Assembly (NCBI GenBank): GCA_964570665.1 | Contig: CAZMZH010000001.1 | Coordinates: 67,743 to 131,742 of the forward strand | DNA from: an uncultured Nitrospinota bacterium | GTDB taxonomy: Bacteria > Nitrospinota > Nitrospinia > Nitrospinales > JAJDAT01 | Length of the DNA stretch: 64,000 bases | Direction: 5' to 3' | Shown here: in pieces, positions 11,146 through 21,109 of the stretch | Numbering within the stretch: position 1 is the first letter of the stretch | Layout of the letters: every line of letters starts with the position of its first letter | Position numbers and translations under genes: made by a program | The notes under the pieces: model-generated | Told to the model about the DNA's origin: nothing | Database searches by the model: none | The model's input: only the letters and a program-made list of their open reading frames with translations

Positions 11146-12090
11146 CTATATTTTTGGTTTGATAAAAAATTTCCGAAGATAATTTTTTAGACCAAAGTCA
11201 TGATCGCAAAGTACATGGCTTTTTTGGTTGGAATAACTATTACTGTTTTTCAACCATTTTTGATCCTCTGGCATTGCCAGAGGTTTAATAAATGTATAAA
11301 ACATAAAATAGGTTGCCAATCGAAAGAAAAAGTTCGTCGCTTTTGACTCTATATTAATTAGAAACCTACATGATTTTTTATCGATTGGCATAATAAACAT
11401 TTGCCATCTATTTTTTGCCAGAATATCATTATATTCAATGCAAAAAGGTCGCACTTCTATTTCGACACCCGACTCCAAAATCTTAAATTTGAAAAAAGAT
11501 TCCGTTTCCTCCAACATAACAGCTGTATAAGATTTCTTTAAAAGATTTTCCTTTTGTAAAATAATCGTATAAATGCCATAAAATTGATAAAAAAGACTAT
11601 GGTTCGTAAAATGAGGGAAATCCATTGAACTATTTATAGCCCAATAAAAAGGCGTTTCATAAATGGTCCAAGCGCTGGCGGGTTTTTCGATAACATTATC
11701 TAAAATAGATTGAGTCGCTTTTTCAAAATTATCAGGATTACCCGTATAAATAAAAACAATTCCGCCTTTTGCAAACGCTTTATATTGAAATAAATTGCAT
11801 GTTGGTTGTTTCTTAGCAAAAGGCGCCGAAATCAAATCCCCGTTTGACAAATTATATCGCCACCCATGAAAACCGCACTCAAGTTCGTTTTCTCTCAATC
11901 GCCCCATATCAAGAGGCAGCCCATAATGACGACAATGATTTTTAAAACAACGAATTTCCCCATTATTCCAAAATAAAATTAAAGACTCGCCCCATAAAAC
12001 GAAAGAATGTTGTTTTTTTCTTTTTAAAAATTTTACAGGAACGACCCCATATACAAAATCCCGATAATCTTTTGCATCAAACTCCAACAT
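11146..12090 (-). CDS. Rieske [2Fe-2S] domain protein, probable non-heme oxygenase component
   Basis: 314 aa. CRHYG...17 aa...CGFHGWRY is the CxH...CxxH Rieske signature. The C-terminal roughly 180 aa are unassigned. Confidence 0.7.
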   Translation of the reverse strand: MLEFDAKDYRDFVYGVVPVKFLKRKKQHSFVLWGESLILFWNNGEIRCFKNHCRHYGLPLDMGRLRENELECGFHGWRYNLSNGDLISAPFAKKQPTCNLFQYKAFAKGGIVFIYTGNPDNFEKATQSILDNVIEKPASAWTIYETPFYWAINSSMDFPHFTNHSLFYQFYGIYTIILQKENLLKKSYTAVMLEETESFFKFKILESGVEIEVRPFCIEYNDILAKNRWQMFIMPIDKKSCRFLINIESKATNFFFRLATYFMFYTFIKPLAMPEDQKWLKNSNSYSNQKSHVLCDHDFGLKNYLRKFFIKPKI

Positions 12091-12184
12091 ATAAACTCAT
12101 ACTTATAGTAATAAATAAATTAGTCGGGAAAGTCATGCTTTAATAATTTAGTCTTCCCAATAAAAATAAACGCTAAAGCTTGCT

Positions 12185-12664
12185 TTATCTCTTCACGTTT
12201 TTCAAAAACTTAGCAGGATTACCCGCCCAAACTTGGAATGGTGGAACGCTTTGGGTAACCACGCTACCCGCCCCAACAAAAGCCTTTTCCCCAATTGTAA
12301 TTCCACAAAGTAGGGTTACGCTAGAACCAATTGTCGCTCCATCTTCAACAACTACCGGAATAACCGTCCAGTCGTCGTCCGTTTGCATGGATCCATCGGG
12401 ATTGGTGGCGTTTGGGTATTTATCGTTTATAAACGTTACGTTATGACCAATAAAAACTTTATCCCCAATCGTAACTCCTTCACAAATGAAAGAATGACTC
12501 GAAATCTTACAATCGCTTCCAATTTTCGCCCCTTTTTGAATCTCGACAAATGCTCCAATCTTGGTTCTGTCGCCAATTTCGCAACTGTATGCATTCACAA
12601 AATTAAAGATTTTCACATCTTTCCCCAACTTAACATCGGGGGCTATTCCCTGGTACATTTCCAT
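12185..12664 (-). CDS. left-handed beta-helix (hexapeptide) sugar N-acetyltransferase, WbpD/QdtC-like
   Basis: 159 aa. Repeated [LIV]G..[ST]..[LIV] hexapeptides (IGDRTKIGAFVEIQKGAKIGSDCKISSHSFI...) and a C-terminal VWAGNPAK. Confidence 0.75.
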   Translation of the reverse strand: MEMYQGIAPDVKLGKDVKIFNFVNAYSCEIGDRTKIGAFVEIQKGAKIGSDCKISSHSFICEGVTIGDKVFIGHNVTFINDKYPNATNPDGSMQTDDDWTVIPVVVEDGATIGSSVTLLCGITIGEKAFVGAGSVVTQSVPPFQVWAGNPAKFLKNVKR

Positions 12665-12752
12665 AAAAACTCTCTCAAGATTCCGTCATTGGGAAATTCA
12701 TTATTAAAAAATTAGTTCATAGTAGAAGGTTAAAACCTGGAAAAAACGCCTT

Positions 12753-13916
12753 CTAATTTTCTTTGCTATAAAACGCTTTTATGGAATCTACGACATACTC
12801 TATCTGTTTCCTTTGTAACTCTGGAAACATTGGAAGCGAAAGAATTTCGCCGCAATACTTTTCCGCCCTAGGAAAATCTCCTTCTTTATATCCAAGATTC
12901 GAATAAGCGTCCTGAAGATGCAATGGTTTTGGATAATGCAAACCAGTACTCACTCCACGGTTTTTAAGAAACTCTTGTAACCGGTCTCGCTCTTTAGCGC
13001 GAATCACATAGAGATGGTAAACATGGTAATCATTTTGGGTTTCAGGAGGAACCTCAACCTCCGCAATATCTATTAAGGCTTCGTTATACAAGCGCGCGTT
13101 TTCTCTCCTTCCATCAGTACACTTTTGTAAGTATTTCAATTTAACGCGCAAAACCGTAGCCTGTATCCCGCTTATCCGATAATTATGTCCCGGAAACTCA
13201 TGTTGATATTTAGTAGTAGACCCATGGTCGACAAATTTTCGCATTCGTTGGGCCAATTTTTCGTCATTAGTAATTATGGCTCCAGCATCGCCAAAAGCTC
13301 CAAGGTTTTTAGAGGGATAAAAAGAAAAAGCTCCCGTAGAACCGGTTGTTCCAACATAATTTTTTCTCGATTCTTCTCCCGACAAGGAGTCAATAGAATA
13401 AGCCGAATGAGCCTGGCAACAATCTTCTACCATGCTCAACCCATACCTCTGGGCAATTTCTAAAACCTTGTCAACGCGACACGGCAATCCATAAAGATGA
13501 ACGGGAATAATAGCTTTGATATTATCCGCCGGAAGACCAAGCCTACCTTTTCCTTCAAGCGTTTGCTTTAACTCATCTATATCCAGATTATAAGAGTCGT
13601 CATGGTCGACAAATATCGGCTTAGCTCCAGTTAAAGAAACGGCTTCCGCAGTAGCGATAAAAGTATTGACCGGGACTAAAACCTCGTCTCCAATTCCAAC
13701 GCCCAAACCCCATAAAGAAGCGTGAAGAGCGCTTGTGCCAGAATTCACTCCGACACAATATTTGGCATTATGACTATCAGCGAAATCGGATTCAAAACCT
13801 GCTATTGCCGGCCCCCCAACAAACCATCCGGTCGCGATAAACTCGGAAATGGCGGAATCCATTTCATTTTTAAGAGACTGGTATTGTTGTTTTAAATCTA
13901 CGAAAGGAACTTGCAT
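12753..13916 (-). CDS. DegT/DnrJ/EryC1/StrS family sugar aminotransferase (PLP-dependent)
   Basis: 387 aa. MQVPFVDLKQQYQSL...GTSALH...FSFYPSKNLGA (PLP lysine context)...HLY are typical of the family. Confidence 0.85.
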   Translation of the reverse strand: MQVPFVDLKQQYQSLKNEMDSAISEFIATGWFVGGPAIAGFESDFADSHNAKYCVGVNSGTSALHASLWGLGVGIGDEVLVPVNTFIATAEAVSLTGAKPIFVDHDDSYNLDIDELKQTLEGKGRLGLPADNIKAIIPVHLYGLPCRVDKVLEIAQRYGLSMVEDCCQAHSAYSIDSLSGEESRKNYVGTTGSTGAFSFYPSKNLGAFGDAGAIITNDEKLAQRMRKFVDHGSTTKYQHEFPGHNYRISGIQATVLRVKLKYLQKCTDGRRENARLYNEALIDIAEVEVPPETQNDYHVYHLYVIRAKERDRLQEFLKNRGVSTGLHYPKPLHLQDAYSNLGYKEGDFPRAEKYCGEILSLPMFPELQRKQIEYVVDSIKAFYSKEN

Positions 13917-14180
13917 TCTATTCTTAGGATTTTAAGGGGTTACTTAAAGAGTTCTCATAGAACATTAGGAGTGAAGTCACTATAACTTTTGGAATATAGA
14001 CCGGTTCCCGCAATAAAACTTATAGAGGTTATATAAAAAGGAGAATTTAATGTTATTTTGTAAAAATTTCGGAGTTCACTATCAAACTTAAAAACCAAGG
14101 AATCTAACCGAAGCTTCAAAAAACATAACTTCGAAGTTATGAGAGATAAAGTGAGGCAATTATTCGGGGTTTATTTAAAT

Positions 14181-15914
14181 TTAGACTAATACTTCTTGTG
14201 GCCTTTCAACATCCGATGGCGATTCCTCTTTTGGAATGTCGGAACGGTCCCATCCTTGTTTGCTTTTCTTCCCAATGATTCCATCTTTTGGAAGTTCAAA
14301 AGTTTTTGAAACAGGTTCATATTTTTTTCGTTTCTTGAAAAAATACAAATGATAATTTTTATCAAACCTTTTCAAAAACCACCAAACATAATTTTTAACA
14401 TAGGTCGTGGCGTCAGTATCGCGGGTAGCAATCATTAAATCTAAAATGGTTATAAATACACGGAACGGAGCCATCCAGAAAAACTTATGCGCTTTGAGTT
14501 TCAACATCAGCTTTTTGGCCCAAGGAGGTAAAAAACTCATGACTCGCAACATAACGCGATATCCTTGAAGCAATCTTAGTCGCCTTGGATGCACAATCAT
14601 AGAACCTTCTGCCATATAATTACTATGCAAGCCTTCTTCGATACGCTTAATTTCTTCAGTACTCAAATCGCCCGTTGCCAAACCATGGTCGATAAGACTG
14701 GTACCGGGCATGTACTGGATCATAAAAGGCGCGATTCGATAACAATGCTTTAAAGGAGCTATAAATTCGGCAAAACCCATCAATTCTTGACTAAACGAAT
14801 CAATTGTTTCTTCTAATGTTGGGTGACGCTTAGTACCGTCGTCGTTTTCAACAGGCATCCTAGGCAAACCTAAAATGTAATCAAACGCATAAGCCTGACC
14901 GACTTTCTCTAAAATCTTTGCCGCCTTTCGGATATCTTCGTTAGATTCGCCTCGATTAATTACTTTATTACGAATTTTCTCATCCCAACATTCAATGCCA
15001 ATTTGAATCGCGAAACAGTTCGCATCATGCATGGCTTGAACGGCTGGCTCATTAATTAATAGGGGATGGGAAAAACACCTAAAAGGGAGTCCTATCTCAT
15101 CTTTATATTTCTTAAAAAACTCTACGGTCCAATCTTTGCTGGCCGACATAACTGGCTGCCGAAAATCAATCCATTTGGATTTGTATTTAGCAATATCGCT
15201 TTTTAACTCTTGAATTAAAGAATCGACCGATCGTTCTCGAACTCTAGATCCTCCTAAACGCTTGGCTTCTGCGCCTAAAAACGACAACGAGCAGAAATTA
15301 CAAACATATGGGCAGCCTCTAGAAGGAACGGAAAGATAGGAGTTTTTTAGGGGAACATGCGGCGCAAATAAGTCTTTATCAATAGGAGGTAATTCGTCTA
15401 CTTTTTCCACTAAAGATCGGCATTCGTTCTTAATCAGAGAACCGTCTTCAAGACGAAACCAAAGATTTTCAATGGAATAATCGATTTTTCCTTCATCAAT
15501 ACTATTACAAAGTTCAAGTAAGGGATACTCTCCTTCGCTCAAACAAATCATATCCACCACGGAGTCGTCTGACCTCAATACTTCATTGGGGGCTGAGTGA
15601 GGATGGATACCGCCAAAAATCACAGGAACCTTATAGCGTTTTTTTAACTCGCCAGCCAGCTCATGCATCTCTTGGTATTGAACGGTTTGAACATGAAATC
15701 CTACCAAATCAGGTTCTAACTCAATGATTTGTTGCAATACTAAATCTTTTTGATCGAGTAGCTTTGCAAAAGGTTTAATGCAAAGGTAGTTTTTATCGTC
15801 AAATAGCGCCTGATCGTATACCAAGTGAACTTCATGCCCATTCTTTTTTAGCATTGCAGAAAGAGCTTGAAGGGAAATATTTTCCCACCCAATCGCGACT
15901 AAAACACATTTCAT
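14181..15914 (-). CDS. B12-binding-domain radical SAM protein (class B type)
   Basis: 577 aa. VGFHVQTVQ...IFGGIHP, then SRGCPYVCNFCSL. Its start overlaps the upstream GT2 stop by 4 nt (ATGA). Confidence 0.8.
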   Translation of the reverse strand: MKCVLVAIGWENISLQALSAMLKKNGHEVHLVYDQALFDDKNYLCIKPFAKLLDQKDLVLQQIIELEPDLVGFHVQTVQYQEMHELAGELKKRYKVPVIFGGIHPHSAPNEVLRSDDSVVDMICLSEGEYPLLELCNSIDEGKIDYSIENLWFRLEDGSLIKNECRSLVEKVDELPPIDKDLFAPHVPLKNSYLSVPSRGCPYVCNFCSLSFLGAEAKRLGGSRVRERSVDSLIQELKSDIAKYKSKWIDFRQPVMSASKDWTVEFFKKYKDEIGLPFRCFSHPLLINEPAVQAMHDANCFAIQIGIECWDEKIRNKVINRGESNEDIRKAAKILEKVGQAYAFDYILGLPRMPVENDDGTKRHPTLEETIDSFSQELMGFAEFIAPLKHCYRIAPFMIQYMPGTSLIDHGLATGDLSTEEIKRIEEGLHSNYMAEGSMIVHPRRLRLLQGYRVMLRVMSFLPPWAKKLMLKLKAHKFFWMAPFRVFITILDLMIATRDTDATTYVKNYVWWFLKRFDKNYHLYFFKKRKKYEPVSKTFELPKDGIIGKKSKQGWDRSDIPKEESPSDVERPQEVLV

Positions 15915-16633
15915 TTAGGGAAACCCCTTTGAATTTTTATAAAAAATCGCATCACATCCCAAAGCGTTGCTAATATTGTCGAAAATTTAGTGCACGTTGG
16001 CTGCCCATAAAGACGCATTTTCATTTTAGACGGCACTTCGGCAATAATCAATTGGTTTCTACGAGCTTTAATAAGAATTTCAACAAGATAGAAAATTTTG
16101 GAATCCTCAAATTCGATAATCTTGTCGGAAAATAGGTTACGTCGATAAACTTGGATCCAGTTTACATCTGATATTCCAATATTAAATAGTAGAGGAATAA
16201 TTATTCGATTGTATACATAGGAAGCAAAAAGAGCTGGAATGGTGTATCCAACCCTTTCAGCTCGCACTCCAACAATAATATCGGAAGTTCCCATTCGCGG
16301 AAGATATTCTTTTAGATCTTCCGGGTCCATGGGGTTGTCGAAGGGCAAAAAAATCACATATTCTCTTATGGCATAACTAATACCCGTTCGAAACGCGCCT
16401 CCTGGCCCCAAATTTTTTTCATGATGGAAACATTTTACTCTTTCGTCTTTTTTAGCGATTTCTTGAGCTAACTCTAAAGTTCTATCGGAGCTTTTATCGT
16501 CGACAATTAGTAATTCGAAATCAATCCCCAAAGAATCAAATGTATTAATATTATGCAACGTTGCAGATTCTACTGTTTCCTCTTCATTATAAGCTGGCAT
16601 TATGATGGAAATACTTGGGAACCTTTTATCCAT
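15911..16633 (-). CDS. family 2 glycosyltransferase, Dpm1/ArnC-like
   Basis: 240 aa. ISIIMPAYNEEE...LLIVDDKSSDRT are GT2 motifs. Confidence 0.75.
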   Translation of the reverse strand: MDKRFPSISIIMPAYNEEETVESATLHNINTFDSLGIDFELLIVDDKSSDRTLELAQEIAKKDERVKCFHHEKNLGPGGAFRTGISYAIREYVIFLPFDNPMDPEDLKEYLPRMGTSDIIVGVRAERVGYTIPALFASYVYNRIIIPLLFNIGISDVNWIQVYRRNLFSDKIIEFEDSKIFYLVEILIKARRNQLIIAEVPSKMKMRLYGQPTCTKFSTILATLWDVMRFFIKIQRGFPK

Positions 16634-16770
16634 AAAATGATCAAATTGCTTTAAAAAGCTAAAAATTTTGCCCTGAGCTTATTTAACAATATTACAAGCG
16701 ATAAGGTTTAATCTGAAAACTAACCCAGAAATTATATAACAAACGACAATTTTAATTTTCAGAAAATTTT

Positions 16771-17790
16771 TTAGGAAGAAACCGATTCGGGCTTGCCATG
16801 ATTTTCTATAGATTTTTGAACCGCCTCAAGAACCATAGAAACATTAGATGAAAAAGCGCCATCGCACATATTGATTTCATTTTCTAAAATAGACTTAATG
16901 AAAGAGTCTACATTCTTCTTTAAGGGTTCTTCCATCTCAATTTTTGGGCTGAGTATATCCCCATCGCGAAGAAGATGTTTAAACTCTCCAAAATCCGCTT
17001 CATAGCGTCCCTGATGTCCAATACCTTTTTCATAAAACCTTACTGGCTCTAATGAATCTAAATCGTCAAATGTTACGCGAGCGTGGCTCCCAACTACGCA
17101 AATAAATCTTTCTTTATTTGAATCAATCCAACTCACTTTCAGTTGACCAACAATTCCTGATGGGTAAAATAAATTAACAAAACCGACATCGCACCGATCG
17201 GTTTTCAAAGGTTTTGACCCTATAGCTGATACCCGCTCTGGAATTGAATCTAAAAGAAAGTTCATAATAGAAACATCATGGGGAGCCAAATCCCACAAGA
17301 CGTCGACATCTTTGCGGATTAAACCTAAATGAGTCCGGGTGGTTGTGAAATAGTAAATCTTGCCTAATCTATCTTCTTCAATGATCTTTTTTACTTTTAA
17401 AATTCCATTGTTGTATAAAAAGGTATAACCAACCGTTAAAACTAAATTCATTTCCTTTGCTATCGTATGAAGCTCTAAATCTTGAGCAGACGACAATGTC
17501 AGAGGCTTTTCACAAAAGACATGTTTCTTAGAATTAAGGGCTGTTTTAACTAAAGAATAATGCGTCGATGGCGGCGTGACTAAAACGATTGCGTCAATAT
17601 TTTCACTATTAATTAACTCTTGCGGGTTTGTAGTTTTTGAACAATTTGGAGTTAAAAACCGTTTCACCCTGTCAAAAGCGGAAGGCTCAATATCGCAAAC
17701 GCCTTGAATTATCACATCAGAGTGATCGGAAAGGTTTCGCACTAGATTCGGCCCCCAATGACCAAGGCCTATTATACCTATATTAACCAA
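16771..17790 (-). CDS. Gfo/Idh/MocA family NAD(P)-dependent sugar oxidoreductase, WbpB-like
   Basis: 339 aa. VNIGIIGLGHWGPN Rossmann motif and the EKPL motif (CEKPLTLS). Non-ATG (TTG) start in the ORF track. Confidence 0.75.
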   Translation of the reverse strand: MVNIGIIGLGHWGPNLVRNLSDHSDVIIQGVCDIEPSAFDRVKRFLTPNCSKTTNPQELINSENIDAIVLVTPPSTHYSLVKTALNSKKHVFCEKPLTLSSAQDLELHTIAKEMNLVLTVGYTFLYNNGILKVKKIIEEDRLGKIYYFTTTRTHLGLIRKDVDVLWDLAPHDVSIMNFLLDSIPERVSAIGSKPLKTDRCDVGFVNLFYPSGIVGQLKVSWIDSNKERFICVVGSHARVTFDDLDSLEPVRFYEKGIGHQGRYEADFGEFKHLLRDGDILSPKIEMEEPLKKNVDSFIKSILENEINMCDGAFSSNVSMVLEAVQKSIENHGKPESVSS

Positions 17791-18602
17791 ATCGTAATCC
17801 TTTAAAAAATGAACTCAATTTTATTTATGAAAAAAACAAAAGCAGAACAAACAAATATTAACTTCAATCAATAACTAATTAAGAAAATATTTTTTAGTAA
17901 AACCATAGCCATTCGCATTAGCTAAGAAAATCCAAACATAATATAGCTCATCAAGAGTTAAAATCGCTACGAGTTTTTAGCAATCTCTTTTTTTATAAGA
18001 AACCAAATTGGCAAACAAGGTAAGTATTTGACAAAAAAATCATATGATATTTAAAGACATTATTCGAGCTTGATTTCCTTCCTAAATCTACCTAGGTATT
18101 TACCTTCCTATCAGTTTTACCGAGACCGCCAGAGTTTTAGCTACAATTGGCATTTCCTTATGGAAATAAAATTTAAATTTTTTCAATATGGGTAATCACG
18201 CCATTATCCTTAGTTACAAATTATTACAGAAATATAAATAACGAAAAATTGATTTGGGTTTCAAAATACCCAATTTGAAAATTCTAATTCTGAATATTTA
18301 GTTTTTTTGTTAAGTCTTATAGTTTTATTTACCTTTTAAATTCAAAAAAGAATTCCAAATACTAAACGTTTAACATTTTCAAAATATGACTTTCTTAGGC
18401 TGACAAGTAGCGATTTGAGAACAAATCCAAACCAATTATTAGTCCAAATCTTTTCGATGATATGCAATAAAAAATATTTTTAAAAACCCAGTAAAAAGAA
18501 GTTGCGTGAATTCTGCTATAATACCTACGTCGAAAAATCCAAGGATAGTGGTTCTTACCGCCAAATCTTCTACGTTTATGTTCCAAATCCTATAAAATAT
18601 AA

Positions 18603-19628
18603 TTGAGACGTCTCTTGCAAGAACTCCCTTTAGTATCGGTAATTATCCCCGTATACAATGCCGAAAAGACTTTAGCTTTATGCCTTCAAGCAATATTAAA
18701 TTCAGATTATCCAAACTTTGAAGTCATTGCGATTGACGATGGGTCTAAAGATAGTTCTCTAGAAATCATTAAATCTTTTCCAGAGATAAGCTATTATAGT
18801 CAATCCAATCAAGGGTCCGCGACTACTAAAAACCGAGGCGCTAAATACGCTCGCGGAACGTTTTTTTATTTTTTAGATTCTGATGTGGTCGTATCTTCAA
18901 ACACAGTATCAAAATTTATTGATACAGCGTTAAAATATGAAGTGGATCTAGTTTGCGGGCGTTATTCTACGGAGCCTTTAAACGATGGTTTGGTCCACCA
19001 TTATAAAGCATTAACCGATTACGTATTGTATTGCCCCCCATCTTGCCGGTCTGAAGTAAAAATCAATTACCAAATAGGAGGAGGAGGAGACTTGTATTCC
19101 AAAAAGTCCTTTGAAAACTTGAAAGGTTTTGACGAATCCTATCTTGGAGCGAGCGTTGAAAGGGAAGAGCTAATGCTGAGATTTTATGAAGCTGAATATT
19201 CTTCGGCCGCTAATCCTCAAATAAAAACCAAACATTATTTCCCAGATTTTAAAAGTATGATCAAGGCTTATATTTTCCGCATTTATGAAACGGTTAAACT
19301 AATTGATGGAAAGGTAACGCCGTTCACGTATATTTCAATTGAAAAAGCGATTTTAGCTCCTTTTTTTGCTTTTGCGTTTTTCATATCCATAATCCTTTGT
19401 TTATTATACGACTTTTCTGTTTTTTCAGTTTTTGCTTGTGGTACTATGTTTTTAGTTTTTAGTCGTGACTTAATTTTTGAGAGCATACGCCGAAAAGGAT
19501 TTAAAACGCCATTAATCCTTGGGATTCATTTGGTAACTTGTAACGTGATTTTTTTAAGTGGATCGATTAGTAAAATCCTAGTTAAATTTAATAAGGCTAA
19601 GGCAATATGGGCGGATTTACTCAGGTAA
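18603..19628 (+). CDS. family 2 glycosyltransferase with C-terminal transmembrane segments
   Basis: 341 aa. VSVIIPVYNAEKTL...VIAIDDGSKDSS...LDSD motifs, with a hydrophobic C-terminal third. TTG start. Confidence 0.75.
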   Translation: MRRLLQELPLVSVIIPVYNAEKTLALCLQAILNSDYPNFEVIAIDDGSKDSSLEIIKSFPEISYYSQSNQGSATTKNRGAKYARGTFFYFLDSDVVVSSNTVSKFIDTALKYEVDLVCGRYSTEPLNDGLVHHYKALTDYVLYCPPSCRSEVKINYQIGGGGDLYSKKSFENLKGFDESYLGASVEREELMLRFYEAEYSSAANPQIKTKHYFPDFKSMIKAYIFRIYETVKLIDGKVTPFTYISIEKAILAPFFAFAFFISIILCLLYDFSVFSVFACGTMFLVFSRDLIFESIRRKGFKTPLILGIHLVTCNVIFLSGSISKILVKFNKAKAIWADLLR

Positions 19629-20692
19629 TAAGAAATCGTTTTTTTTCTAAAGACCCTTTCTTTTTAATATTTTATGTGACAGCACGGTGTAATGCGCGAT
19701 GTAATTTTTGTTATTATTGGGACAATATTGTGGAATGGCGTTCCCGAAAACATCTTGAAGTAGATGAAATAGAAAAGATAACCCGCAAAATTCAGTCGCT
19801 TCAACAGCTAACCATTAGCGGTGGAGAGCCGTTTTTAAGAGAAGAACTGGCTGAAATTTGCTCGATGTTTATTAAAAATTCCAATGCCCAATTTGTTACT
19901 ATTCCAACGAATGGCGTTCTAACAAAAAAAATTAAATCAACCCTAGAAAAAGTTCTTCCCGCCCATCCTGATGTTAATTTCCGTATCGGTCTTTCTACCC
20001 CAGAAATCGGAGAGAAACTAGACGATTTATACGGCGTAAAAAACGCCTTTGAACAGCATCAAGAATCGTATCGCATGATGACCTCGCTTAGAAAAAAATT
20101 TCCAAATTTAAGCATGGATGCTGGAATCGTTTACAGTAGCTACAATGCGGACCATATTCTCGATATTGTCAATTATGTATTGGAAAATATGGAAGGGTGT
20201 AATCCTATTATCTCAGCAGTTAGAGGAAAGCCAAGATTAGCTGAATCCAAGGATATCTCTATAGACGACCTTGAAAGAACATATTCTTACGTCAAAAAAA
20301 ATGTTCCAAAAATAAATAACCGAGCTTTCGCCAACACCATGAACCTTATGAGGGATATGGTTCATGAAATAACCGTCAAAACGATGCAAGGAAATCAAAT
20401 GGTAATTCCCTGCAAAGCTGGAGAAAAGTTATTGGTAGTTTACGACAATGGCGACATTTACCCTTGTGAATTATTGGAAAAACCAATGGGTAATATTCGC
20501 GATTTCGATTACGACCTTAATCGAGTCGCTAAAACCCAAGCGAGTCAAGAGATTGTTAAGGAAATAGTCGATACAAAATGCCATTGTACTTGGGAATGCG
20601 CCAACAACAACAATATCGTTTTCTCCAATAAATATTCCCTGAGTTTAGCTTCCAAATTATTAAAACGCCAATTCCATGAATTAGTGAATTGA
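19607..20692 (+). CDS. radical SAM protein with SPASM/twitch-like C-terminal Cys cluster
   Basis: 361 aa. VTARCNARCNFCYYW (CxxxCxxC), GGEPFLR, then C-terminal IPCKAGEKLLVVYDNGDIYPC...CHCTWEC. Overlaps the preceding GT2 by 22 nt. Confidence 0.75.
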   Translation: MGGFTQVIRNRFFSKDPFFLIFYVTARCNARCNFCYYWDNIVEWRSRKHLEVDEIEKITRKIQSLQQLTISGGEPFLREELAEICSMFIKNSNAQFVTIPTNGVLTKKIKSTLEKVLPAHPDVNFRIGLSTPEIGEKLDDLYGVKNAFEQHQESYRMMTSLRKKFPNLSMDAGIVYSSYNADHILDIVNYVLENMEGCNPIISAVRGKPRLAESKDISIDDLERTYSYVKKNVPKINNRAFANTMNLMRDMVHEITVKTMQGNQMVIPCKAGEKLLVVYDNGDIYPCELLEKPMGNIRDFDYDLNRVAKTQASQEIVKEIVDTKCHCTWECANNNNIVFSNKYSLSLASKLLKRQFHELVN

Positions 20693-21086
20693 AATCTCAT
20701 CCAAGTTTTTCTTTTTCCGTTTTTCGAAATATTCTTAAGTAATTTTTAGATCTATCAGAGGTCGTTTTTGGCTAGTTCTAACTTGAGAATTCCGGAAAAA
20801 ATCCTTCTTTTACTATAACCTTGTATTTTTGACCATTCTATTTCTTAAAGAGGCTTTAATAAATAATCCATCACATGGTTCATATCGCTAACTATGGAAT
20901 CCATATTTTATTTCAAATTCTAATTTCCTCCAATTCCCAATGGATACCCCCAACGCAGCAAGCGACTCCCACATCCGGCTTTCATAAGAATTTAAAATTG
21001 CTAATGATAGAATTAAAATGGTCCACTTTTATTAAACTAGATACAAAACTTTAATCAATTACCTATACTTTATCCAAAAAAATCTA

Positions 21087-21094
21087 CCCCCCCC
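21087..21094 (+). repeat. homopolymeric C8 tract 15 nt upstream of the ATG at 21110
   Basis: Read directly: ...aatctaCCCCCCCCtcaataacttcctaaATG. It stands out in an AT-rich genome. Confidence 0.9.
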
Positions 21095-21109
21095 TCAATA
21101 ACTTCCTAA

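Noticed and set aside
18028-18060. TTGACA-containing sequence in the 800-bp divergent intergenic region as the promoter of the 18603 operon
   Set aside because: I could not find a -10 element at proper spacing (only weak ttaaag/tttaaa). AT-rich DNA gives many such matches, so it is not reported as a feature.
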